Of a stretch of DNA of 64,000 bases, positions 10,451 through 19,037 are shown in pieces. The position numbers and the translations under genes were made by a program. Source of the stretch: Candidatus Poseidoniales archaeon (lineage in GTDB: Archaea > Thermoplasmatota > Poseidoniia > Poseidoniales > Thalassarchaeaceae); the NCBI GenBank assembly GCA_012959435.1, contig DUDF01000116.1, positions 5,366 to 69,365 of the forward strand, read 5' to 3'. Every line of letters begins with the position of its first letter. Within the stretch, counting starts at the first letter, position 1. The notes beneath the pieces are model-generated. The model made no database searches and had not been told where the DNA came from. It saw nothing but the letters and a program-made list of their open reading frames with translations.

Positions 10451-10508
10451 GCCTGTAAGGGTAAATTGGCCGGATATACTCAAGAGGTGTAGCCAAGGCC
10501 GACAGGAC

Positions 10509-12272
10509 ATGAGCGATTGGATTCCCGATGAGGACACAATTCGCTTAATTCGAAAATATGCGATGCAAAATGCCCTTGAATATGATGGGAAAGGACAAGC
10601 TGCTTCTGTTCAAGGAAGAATTCTTGGCGAAGTTGCGGAACTTCGCCAGCATGCAAAACATCTGTTTGGTGTGCTAGGGCCAGCAATAGAGGAAGCAAAC
10701 CAACTTTGGAATGATGAAGGTGCTGAAGCAGTCACAGCGGTGCTACTAGCTGAAGCACCAGACGCTCTTGAAAAGCGAGTTAAAGAGCGCCGGGAAGGCT
10801 TACCTGAATTACCCAATGCTGTCAAGGGTGAAGTGATTTTACGCTTCGCACCCAATCCAAATGGGCCACTAACCATCGGCCACAGCCGAGGTGTAATCAT
10901 CAATTCCCAGTATGCAGAGATGTATGATGGAAAAATGATTCTCAGATATGATGATACAGACGCGAAAATTAAACGCCCCGATTTGAAAGCCTATGACTGG
11001 ATTAAGGAAGATTTCACATGGCTAGCAGGGGTAAAGCCCGATATTATTCTAGAGGCGTCAGCGAGAATGCCAGAATATATGGCCCACGCAAAACAATTCA
11101 TTGCTGATGATTACATGTATGTATGCACCTGTACAGCAGATGAATTCAAGCAACTCAGAATTGACCAACAAGAATGCCCATGCCGCGCCAATAGTGCACT
11201 CAAGAACAGTGATTTATGGAATCAAATGAATGACACTGAGGGAGGGTTCAACGAAGGTGATGCCGTAGTTCGAGTGAGAACTGGCATGGAACACAAGAAC
11301 CCCGCGCTACGAGATTGGCCTGCATTAAGAATTCAGAGAGCATCTCATCCTAAAGTAGGTGACAAATATCGAGTTTGGCCACTTCTAGATTTCCAAAGTG
11401 CAGTTGAGGACCACGTACAAAAGGTGACTCACATCATTCGTGGCAAGGACCTTATGGACTCAACTAGGAAACAAAAATTACTCTACGAAATGGCTGGTTG
11501 GAATTATCCCGAAACGCTCTACTGGGGGCGAGTTAAGGTTCACGAATTTGGAGGTTTTTCAACCTCACAAATGAAGATTGATATTGAAAATGGAGATTTT
11601 AACGGATGGGATGATCCGCGCCTCCCTACCGTACGTGCGCTCCGCAGGCGCGGGTTTTCTGCTGCAGCAATGAGGAAATTTTGGATTGAATTGAGTTTGA
11701 CCCAAAAGGACATATCTGTACCGTTAGCAACATTGATTTCCCATAATTCAACTGAAATAGATTCTTCAACTCCTAGACTGTCCTTCATACAAAATCCAGT
11801 GATGTTAGCACTGAACTGTGCCGGAATCGAATTACCGGATGCAATTGATATTCCTTGTCATCCTTTAGAAAAAGAAATGGGTGTACGAAATTGGGCACTA
11901 CCTCGTGATAGTGAATTGCAAGTGTATATCGAAAAAGAGGATTTTGATATTGCCATTGCAAGCGATGGTAAGATTCGCCTCAAAGATTTCGCAGATATTG
12001 ATGTTAGTGAAAATAAGGGTGGGGTTGTCACCTCTATGCCACGCTCAGACGAGCGCCCAATTATTCACTGGTTAACAGAGGAAATGGCAACTAATCACAC
12101 ATTACTCAGGCCAGATGAGCAAGGCGAACAACTTGATGAAATCAAAGGTCTGCTTGAAAAGAATCCCCACCCTTCTGGCACGATTATCCAACTAGAGCGT
12201 ATTGGTTTTGCCCGTTTGGAATCAAGCGAGAGCGAACCAAGCATGACTCGAATGATTTGGACTCACTCTTGA
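10509..12272 (+). CDS. gltX: Glutamate--tRNA ligase (archaeal type)
   Basis: Class I signature region LRFAPNPNGPLTIGHSRGVIINS, followed by ILRYDDTD and VTHIIRGKDL blocks. The 587-aa length is typical of archaeal GluRS. Confidence 0.88.
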   Translation: MSDWIPDEDTIRLIRKYAMQNALEYDGKGQAASVQGRILGEVAELRQHAKHLFGVLGPAIEEANQLWNDEGAEAVTAVLLAEAPDALEKRVKERREGLPELPNAVKGEVILRFAPNPNGPLTIGHSRGVIINSQYAEMYDGKMILRYDDTDAKIKRPDLKAYDWIKEDFTWLAGVKPDIILEASARMPEYMAHAKQFIADDYMYVCTCTADEFKQLRIDQQECPCRANSALKNSDLWNQMNDTEGGFNEGDAVVRVRTGMEHKNPALRDWPALRIQRASHPKVGDKYRVWPLLDFQSAVEDHVQKVTHIIRGKDLMDSTRKQKLLYEMAGWNYPETLYWGRVKVHEFGGFSTSQMKIDIENGDFNGWDDPRLPTVRALRRRGFSAAAMRKFWIELSLTQKDISVPLATLISHNSTEIDSSTPRLSFIQNPVMLALNCAGIELPDAIDIPCHPLEKEMGVRNWALPRDSELQVYIEKEDFDIAIASDGKIRLKDFADIDVSENKGGVVTSMPRSDERPIIHWLTEEMATNHTLLRPDEQGEQLDEIKGLLEKNPHPSGTIIQLERIGFARLESSESEPSMTRMIWTHS

Positions 12273-12347
12273 GCGATTGCTTGCAATCAATTGTATAATT
12301 CTGTTCAAGTGCATAAGTTACAAGACCTTTGACTAAATAGGACGCGC

Positions 12348-12923
12348 ATGAACAAAGGTGCAAAAGTCATCTTAGCGATAGGGGGAGTGATTGTTCTTCT
12401 AGGAATTGCTTCACTTGTAATTGCCGGACCGTCTGCAAAACGGTATTATGTCAACCCATTAGATGAAATCCAGTGGCAAACCAATTCGGTAGTTAACGAA
12501 ACAATTCCTCTTTCTCCAGACGAGACTTACCAATTATTTGCCAAAAATGGGACGGGGTATCATAATCTGTCAATCACAGATCCTGATGGCAATGAATTGT
12601 TTCAAGGTGAACATTGTAGAGAATTTGGAGATGATGATTCATCTTGCGAATATGAATGGATTGAAATCGGATATTTTGATGCCTACGATTGTCCTTGTCA
12701 AATAACTGTGGAATCATCAGAGGATATCCTTTTCTTAGTGTATGGAGAAGGTGGGGAAAAAAGTGACGTTGACGGTTATTTCATGTCGTTTTGTGGTGGG
12801 ATTCTTGCCATCTTGTTAGGAATTGTGATACTAGTTGTGGGTGGTGGGGTGTCAATGTTCACCAAAACCAAAAGCGTTGACTTAGTCTCTGTGAACCAAC
12901 AACATTACCCCCCAATGGATTGA
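12348..12923 (+). CDS. Hypothetical membrane protein with two terminal TMs flanking a Cys-containing ectodomain
   Basis: N-terminal TM VILAIGGVIVLLGIASLVIAG and C-terminal TM GGILAILLGIVILVVGGGV. The ~120 aa between them carry several Cys (HCREF, SSCEYEW, YDCPCQ). Confidence 0.5.
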   Translation: MNKGAKVILAIGGVIVLLGIASLVIAGPSAKRYYVNPLDEIQWQTNSVVNETIPLSPDETYQLFAKNGTGYHNLSITDPDGNELFQGEHCREFGDDDSSCEYEWIEIGYFDAYDCPCQITVESSEDILFLVYGEGGEKSDVDGYFMSFCGGILAILLGIVILVVGGGVSMFTKTKSVDLVSVNQQHYPPMD

Positions 12924-12930
12924 ATGAAGG

Positions 12931-13359
12931 TTATTCGTGCTGAGCAAGACGCTTGATTGCGGGCCTTGCTTCAATATGGTCAAGTGCCTCACGGTAATCA
13001 TTTGGTGAAAAGTAGCCAGTAAATTGGCCGTCCCCATCAACAGCAACAACGGCATGTGGTTTACGTTCATTCATTTGCACGATAATATCGTCAACATTGT
13101 CATTTTGGCCAACTTCCATGACATCAGCATCCATGTGCTCACCAACGGTCATGTCATTAGAATCTCCACCATCTGAAATTGCGGAAAGAACTTGATTTGG
13201 CGTAACTATTCCTTTGACCATCTTGTCTTCGCCAAGAACAATCAAAATCCCTCGTTCAAGAGCAAGTAATTTACTAGCTGCATCAGCAATGGATGCATCC
13301 ATCTCAACTACTTCATGCTCATCTGTCAAAATCAAGTCTGAGACTTTCACATCATCCAT
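12931..13359 (-). CDS. CBS domain pair protein
   Basis: Two CBS-like units: VVEMDASIADAASKLLALERGILIVLGEDKMVKGIVTPNQVL and DVMEVGQNDNVDDIIVQMNERKPHAVVAVDGDGQFTGYFSPNDY. Confidence 0.8.
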   Translation of the reverse strand: MDDVKVSDLILTDEHEVVEMDASIADAASKLLALERGILIVLGEDKMVKGIVTPNQVLSAISDGGDSNDMTVGEHMDADVMEVGQNDNVDDIIVQMNERKPHAVVAVDGDGQFTGYFSPNDYREALDHIEARPAIKRLAQHE

Positions 13360-13602
13360 AATAGGTCACTAAATCCAAGGCAGACACCGCGGTTCTTGAA
13401 TCTGTTGGAATATCTAATTTGTATCGCAAGTGCAAAATAATGCTGGAAACGAACAAACACACCTTAGAAAATATAACTTGTAAATTCTATTTTACTAATT
13501 CGGCAACTTGTTCATCACCCCACATACATACTGTTTAGTGGCCCTATCATCCGTTGCCTTGAAAGAGCCAAGGAGGGCCCACGCACACTGGGGTAGCAGA
13601 TA

Positions 13603-15681
13603 ATGAAGCGAATAACCACAATTCTCGCTCTCTTGGCACTGTTACTATCAGCCCTCCCAAACAGCCACCTCATCGGTGATGTAGATGCACAAATTACCTG
13701 CTGTGATTCAGTTGAGGTTGACTACTATTTGCTGGGTGAAGGTGATGAAACCGGAAAAGGCTCACTAAGTCCATTCTCTGCTGATTTAACTACTGAACAA
13801 GATGTATGGGTTACTTCATCAGTAAGCCAACTGACTGAAATTGCTCGCTGGAGAGTTCCTCAGGCAACGAGTGGAAGTTATCCAATTTCAACTTGGACAC
13901 TATCGGTAAATTATGAGGTTGTAAATGCTGGGGGAGTTCAAGCAAATGTCTCTGCTGAAGTGAAAATAGGTGGGAAGTCATGGACAGGATCGTCAAACAC
14001 TAATCCCGCATATACACCTGGTCTAGGAACTGTTGATGTGTCAATAGACATTGATGAGCAAGGCAACATTCTCTCTGGTGGAGAGTTAGTTGTTGTAGTT
14101 CTTAGCGTACAAACCCTGATCTTCAATTCCCCTGGTGACGATGCAGGTGTGAGATTTATTTGGGGTACAGATGAATATGCATCTAATCTCCAGGCTAATA
14201 TTCCCTTAGTAAAAATGGATTGGCAACCTGCTGTAGTGAATGGACACTCTGTTCAGATTCCAGTAGTGCTACGCTCGGGTTATGGTGCCGCCATCTGGGA
14301 AAAATCAACAACTGAATTCAAGATTGATGGGGTAGTTGTTGACACCGTTGTTGCAACTATGCATAATGACGGCGCTCAAGTTTACCTAAATTGGCAAGCG
14401 CCAGATTCTGCTCAAGATGGAGTTTACGAAGTCAATCTCTCACTAATAGTTTCAGATTCACAAATCCAACCATTCCGTGGCGGGTTTTCCTATGTGTTAG
14501 CATTTGGAGGAGGAACTGGTAGCGGATATGGGATATTCCCAGCAGATGAACCACTTCGAAGTGGGGGGAGTCAAATCAGTGTCAAAATTGATGCCGAGGT
14601 CCAAGGTGGTGACCGCATACGTAGGACAACTCAAATAGACCTAGAAGGCCCTATGGCAACATGGATGAGATGGGGTTTTGACAACATCGGTAATGACTCG
14701 CTAGACTCACTTTCCCAATGGCGTAAGGTCCAGGGGACTTCTTCAACAGAAGCAACACGTAATAATCAGCAAGTTGATTCATCCGAAATTCAGGCATTGG
14801 AAACGCATCTATCCGGGAGGGCTTCCTCACTCAAACAATTCATGTTTGATGGGTTGATGCTTGATTCGGGTCGCCTACTAGGGGTAGAGCCTATTGAAGC
14901 GGCAGCATCACCAACAGTTAGCATCAATGTAAACGACGATTACGGATTTAGTGACTCAACCATCACGATTACCATTGAATCACTTGAAAATATCAAAGTA
15001 GGTGAAAAGAGTATTCTTTTCGATAATTTTATCAGACCACAAGCATCAGCAACTCCATTTTGGACTGAGTTAACAATTGATGCCCGTTTGGGAACTTCAA
15101 TGATGGTTGGAACTGCTGCAGTTGATGGTAGTGGAGTAGATTACTCACACAAGCGACTCATTTACACAGAAACTGTGACTGTATCAAAAACTACCTTAGT
15201 AGGAGAAGATGCGATGTCGGATTACCGTATTGCATACGTAATTGGTAGTTTAGCCCATTCCCCACTTGTCACCCTATTGCAATCATTTGCAATGTTTGTT
15301 GCATTCACCCTTTTAGCCCGTAAATTGACCAAAGATAAGCCAAGAGTTGGTTTCTGGTTGACGTCAGTGCTATTCGCAGGTGTTTGGGGTTACTCATACT
15401 TCTTCGCCTTGCCACTAGTCTTCATGCTGGTTGCTTTGGGAGTTGCAGGTGTAATGATGTTGGCTGTAGCTGTTGTAACTCCAAAAATCAGTTTAGATGA
15501 CGCGTTGGCTGATGAATCAGCGTATTTCACGATAATGCCAAGCATTGGAAGCCGTAAAAAGCGTGTAAAAATACCTGTCATTAAATGCCCTGTCTGTGCA
15601 GACAAAATTGCTGTAAAGACACCTAAGAGGCCGGCTAGAGTACGTTGTAATGGCTGTGATACACGCCTCAAAATATCATAA
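13603..15681 (+). CDS. Exported protein with C-terminal polytopic anchor and cytoplasmic zinc ribbon
   Basis: Signal peptide MKRITTILALLALLLSALP. A ~540-aa beta-rich ectodomain is followed by three hydrophobic helices near the C-terminus, then CPVCADKIAVKTPKRPARVRCNGCDTRL (CxxC...CxxC). Confidence 0.55.
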   Translation: MKRITTILALLALLLSALPNSHLIGDVDAQITCCDSVEVDYYLLGEGDETGKGSLSPFSADLTTEQDVWVTSSVSQLTEIARWRVPQATSGSYPISTWTLSVNYEVVNAGGVQANVSAEVKIGGKSWTGSSNTNPAYTPGLGTVDVSIDIDEQGNILSGGELVVVVLSVQTLIFNSPGDDAGVRFIWGTDEYASNLQANIPLVKMDWQPAVVNGHSVQIPVVLRSGYGAAIWEKSTTEFKIDGVVVDTVVATMHNDGAQVYLNWQAPDSAQDGVYEVNLSLIVSDSQIQPFRGGFSYVLAFGGGTGSGYGIFPADEPLRSGGSQISVKIDAEVQGGDRIRRTTQIDLEGPMATWMRWGFDNIGNDSLDSLSQWRKVQGTSSTEATRNNQQVDSSEIQALETHLSGRASSLKQFMFDGLMLDSGRLLGVEPIEAAASPTVSINVNDDYGFSDSTITITIESLENIKVGEKSILFDNFIRPQASATPFWTELTIDARLGTSMMVGTAAVDGSGVDYSHKRLIYTETVTVSKTTLVGEDAMSDYRIAYVIGSLAHSPLVTLLQSFAMFVAFTLLARKLTKDKPRVGFWLTSVLFAGVWGYSYFFALPLVFMLVALGVAGVMMLAVAVVTPKISLDDALADESAYFTIMPSIGSRKKRVKIPVIKCPVCADKIAVKTPKRPARVRCNGCDTRLKIS

Positions 15682-15704
15682 AGTCTGGATTACTAGTTTT
15701 GTAA

Positions 15705-16544
15705 TCAGACCGCCTTAGATAAAATTGCGTCAATCAAATCTGATACCGCTTTTGGAGTGCCATCCCACATTGCCCGAGCAGTAACCATCCTAGTGTGTAA
15801 ATCGTTATCAGAATCTGCCAATTTAATACGGTGCCATACCAACTCTTCAAGCCTTGCAGTTGATGGCTTATCACTCAATACCTGTGGTAGAACAAGGGTG
15901 CTTAGTGCGTTTGCCTTGCCATCTACATCTAAGGCAGACCATGTTTCACGAGTACTTGCCTCAGTGTCTAGGTCAACCTGTTTTAACCCAGTCATATCTG
16001 GGCTTTCTATCTCTGGAAGTGGTACTATTCTAACCGAACCCTCTTGATGTAAATGGTCACGAAGGGCACTATACACTGGGTCATATCCTTGGTCGAGCGC
16101 ACTAGCCCACCAATTACCGGCCAACAACCATGGCCTAAGTGAACGCAATCTTTTGCCATCAGGTGCAATTAATTCCGCCAAAGCTGCTGCTTGTGCAACT
16201 GTTGAGAGAACACCTCTGTGGGCCGCCCCCTCATGCCCTCTCACTCCAGTCGCGAAGAGTGGAGTGATGACAATTTGATTGGGTTTCTGAGTGAGAGGTT
16301 TGTCCAATGCGTCTCCATCCTTCACCTCAATAAATGGGGGACTTGCAGAGCGAGGGGAAAAACGGCGGCGATAGGAGATTTCGGCATCTAACAAAGCCGC
16401 CTCCAAAAAAGCCGAACTGACTGCCCCATCTGGTGATGGTGGAATAATCAGTGTAATCGTATCTGACTGGCTCATTGATGTAGCATATTCCTGGAGATTT
16501 ACGGCAATTGTTGCAAATGCCTCCAACTCCAATAATGAGCGCAT
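15705..16544 (-). CDS. Hypothetical protein; possible catalytically inactive DHH (RecJ/GAN/Cdc45-like) domain
   Basis: The ORF has an ATG start. The pattern ITLIIPPSPDGAVSSAFLEAAL ... QIVITPLFATG ... LSTVAQAAALAELI ... LLAGNWWASALDQG mirrors DHH motif spacing, but the metal-binding Asp/His residues are replaced. It lies directly downstream of rps15 on the same strand. Confidence 0.4.
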   Translation of the reverse strand: MRSLLELEAFATIAVNLQEYATSMSQSDTITLIIPPSPDGAVSSAFLEAALLDAEISYRRRFSPRSASPPFIEVKDGDALDKPLTQKPNQIVITPLFATGVRGHEGAAHRGVLSTVAQAAALAELIAPDGKRLRSLRPWLLAGNWWASALDQGYDPVYSALRDHLHQEGSVRIVPLPEIESPDMTGLKQVDLDTEASTRETWSALDVDGKANALSTLVLPQVLSDKPSTARLEELVWHRIKLADSDNDLHTRMVTARAMWDGTPKAVSDLIDAILSKAV

Positions 16545-16658
16545 GGCCGCCCGAGAAAGTCAACTGCCAAAAAACCACTTGCAAAAATAGCCAAAAATAA
16601 TGCTAGCAAATCAACAATGTTGAGAAATTAAAACTTGACTTGAAAACCAAGCCGTGAA

Positions 16659-17114
16659 TTATTCTACCATTAGACGTAGTTGGTCACGCTTGTAATTCCA
16701 ATCAGCATCCAATTTGTCATTTAACTTGTAATAACGAGCGGAGCGACGAATCTTTGATTCGACAAGATTGAGTTGACGGTTGTTGTGTAAATCTTTGTGA
16801 TGGCCCTCTAAATGGTCGATGATACCTTGTGCCTTACGCATCATGTTCATCAATTCTTCAGGGACCGCACGAGTTTTGCCAGCCTCTTCAAGAACTACGC
16901 CGACAGTCTTGCCGAGTAGTAGTTTTACACTAGGAACTGAGTGTTGGTCACGAAGTATTGTGCCGATCATAGCGTTAGAGTTGCCTTGTTCATTTAATTC
17001 AACAATGAGAGACTCAACCCTTGAAGTGTCTTGTTCAGACCACTCAGGTAAGTCACTAACATTTGGACGGGTTGAGCCCGAACGACCCTTTCCACCACTG
17101 TGCATTCGTCCCAT
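16659..17114 (-). CDS. rps15: 30S ribosomal protein uS15 (S15P/S13e type)
   Basis: MGRMHSGGKGRSGSTRP N-terminus and the C-terminal HLEGHHKDLHNNRQLNLVESKIRRSARYY block are typical of archaeal S15. AAGGTG sits 7 nt upstream of the ATG. Confidence 0.92.
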   Translation of the reverse strand: MGRMHSGGKGRSGSTRPNVSDLPEWSEQDTSRVESLIVELNEQGNSNAMIGTILRDQHSVPSVKLLLGKTVGVVLEEAGKTRAVPEELMNMMRKAQGIIDHLEGHHKDLHNNRQLNLVESKIRRSARYYKLNDKLDADWNYKRDQLRLMVE

Positions 17115-17182
17115 AATAACACCTTGAGCGAGCCGCCGACCTACTCCCCATTCATAACCGCTCCGCCTCTCTATGAGAGGCT

Positions 17183-18958
17183 TTACAGCCTGTGTTTGGT
17201 CTTTGCAACCCTGCCAGGGCTACCAAAATACTCCCATTTTGCAGTCACACTGCGGGCGCTACCAAGGAGATTACCAGCTCGGAAAAGTAACACTTCATCT
17301 CCGACACGGATATCTCCAACAACCTTGTCAACCATTGGTGAGAAAATATCTCCTTCAAGTTTCGGACCATCCTCTAAATGCACTTCTGATAGGGTCCCAC
17401 ACTTTGCCAAGTTAGGCAAAGTACCCTTTGGAAATGCGAACCTTCCATCTTTAGGATGCCACATTGCTAACTGCTGTTTTCCCTCAAGAATCTTCCAACG
17501 TGGCGGTTTTCCACCGACATGCGCGCTTTCAAGCCAGTCATCATTATTGTGAAGCCAGCGAGAAACGCTTCTCATTTTAATTAGCAAATGTTGCTTTTCA
17601 TTCATTCGGTAATTAGGATGAAATTTCTTAGCAGCATCCTCTGATGCTTGCTTAAGTCTCTCAAGTGCTTCATGAGAACCAGCACCCTCACCTTGCCGTG
17701 TATCAATAATTTCAACGCCGATTTCTTCACTGTCAAAGTTGATCCCACTATGATTGATTACCATCTTGTAACCGTTGTTAGAAACAAGTGATTTGACACA
17801 TTTTTGAATTATCGCTAATTCATCGCCGTCCCATTCCCCAGTGACCGGAATATCGTAATGAGAAGCAGGCCATAATTCCTCAAGTTCACGAGGGACGAGC
17901 CCTAATGGTGAAGTCACCATTACTTCGTGTAGGGGGCGGTGTCGAAGCGAACCACGGAAGCGCCTATGAGACTGTGACATGGAGTATGGTTTGCGAGCAC
18001 TGCATGGAAGTAGCACTAGAACTTCCGATTGCTCAGCGGGAGTTCGATAATCAGTAGTTATCCTTTGGATCCAATCAACAATGAGGGGGTCTTGGCGACT
18101 AACTGGGCTGTGACAACGCCATTTCATCCCATATTTCACAAATCGGCGTAATGGGGCGCCATTAATCGAAATCTCACCTTCATCACTCAGTTGCTGACGG
18201 ATTAATCGGTCATGATATCGAAGATGCTCAACCAGTTTCGGTGAATTCAAAGACCGTTTTTCGACTAATTGACGCAGACTACCATTCTTCAATGCAGATT
18301 TTACCGCAGAAATCTCACGCTTCCATTCATTATACTGCGCCGCAATGTCTGAATCTTCATCATATTCTTCACTTGGCCTTCTTGCTCCATCGGAAGTGAG
18401 TAAAAATCCAAATGATTCTGCTTGTCTAGAACGCGTAAAATCATGTAAATCAACGCCAAACCAAGTAAGAAGAGCGAGATTATCAGGTCCACCCAAACCA
18501 GGGCACCATAACAAAGACGAGGGGAAATGAGTCCTTAGGACTGCCAAAGCAGAAACCAACTTACCAGGATGGTTTGCTAATTGAAGAGCATCAACCAAAG
18601 CAATAATTTCTGGTTGTTCGGGTAAATCCATCAATTCTGAATCATGTCTCAGTGTTTGCCATGATAGAGATACTAGGCCACCGTTTGAACGCCCTCTGAC
18701 TCCTGTGTCAGAATCTTCTAATGAAGGCGGTAAAACATGGTTCATTTGACATACCCATTGAGGTGAATCATCGTCAAATGGCATCGCCATCGCACCTCTC
18801 CCAGTTATTGTCATAGTTGCTGGCAAAGAACTGCTATCATAATCAACTACAAATGGCATCAAATTTGTGCTGATACTTAGTTGAGATTCGTCATTTTTAG
18901 TTCCGATTAGAGCCGGAGTGATACATAACGGACCCTTGCGGTCACCTAGGGCAATCAT
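17183..18958 (-). CDS. arcS: Archaeosine synthase ArcS (TgtA2-like, C-terminal PUA domain)
   Basis: Exact ArcS signature PCX3KPYX2SX2H is present as LLPCSARKPYSMSQSHRRF. The TGT-like block is LWCPGLGGPDNLALLTWFGVDLHDF. The C-terminus is PUA-like (GDIRVGDEVLLFRAGNLLGSARSV). I chose ATG 18958 (MIALGD...). The track's GTG start at 19024 would leave only 13 nt to the divergent gene. Confidence 0.85.
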   Translation of the reverse strand: MIALGDRKGPLCITPALIGTKNDESQLSISTNLMPFVVDYDSSSLPATMTITGRGAMAMPFDDDSPQWVCQMNHVLPPSLEDSDTGVRGRSNGGLVSLSWQTLRHDSELMDLPEQPEIIALVDALQLANHPGKLVSALAVLRTHFPSSLLWCPGLGGPDNLALLTWFGVDLHDFTRSRQAESFGFLLTSDGARRPSEEYDEDSDIAAQYNEWKREISAVKSALKNGSLRQLVEKRSLNSPKLVEHLRYHDRLIRQQLSDEGEISINGAPLRRFVKYGMKWRCHSPVSRQDPLIVDWIQRITTDYRTPAEQSEVLVLLPCSARKPYSMSQSHRRFRGSLRHRPLHEVMVTSPLGLVPRELEELWPASHYDIPVTGEWDGDELAIIQKCVKSLVSNNGYKMVINHSGINFDSEEIGVEIIDTRQGEGAGSHEALERLKQASEDAAKKFHPNYRMNEKQHLLIKMRSVSRWLHNNDDWLESAHVGGKPPRWKILEGKQQLAMWHPKDGRFAFPKGTLPNLAKCGTLSEVHLEDGPKLEGDIFSPMVDKVVGDIRVGDEVLLFRAGNLLGSARSVTAKWEYFGSPGRVAKTKHRL

Positions 18959-19037
18959 GCGCGCATGACGCAATCTTTCGGCCACCGTACGGCCTAGCGT
19001 GGAATCAGTCACGAAGGGCGCCACCTATGCGCTATAA

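Noticed and set aside
17100-17552. A 150-aa plus-strand ORF spanning the rps15/arcS junction
   Set aside because: It overlaps the well-supported PUA-domain end of arcS and the rps15 start on the other strand. Its product is Pro/Ser-rich.
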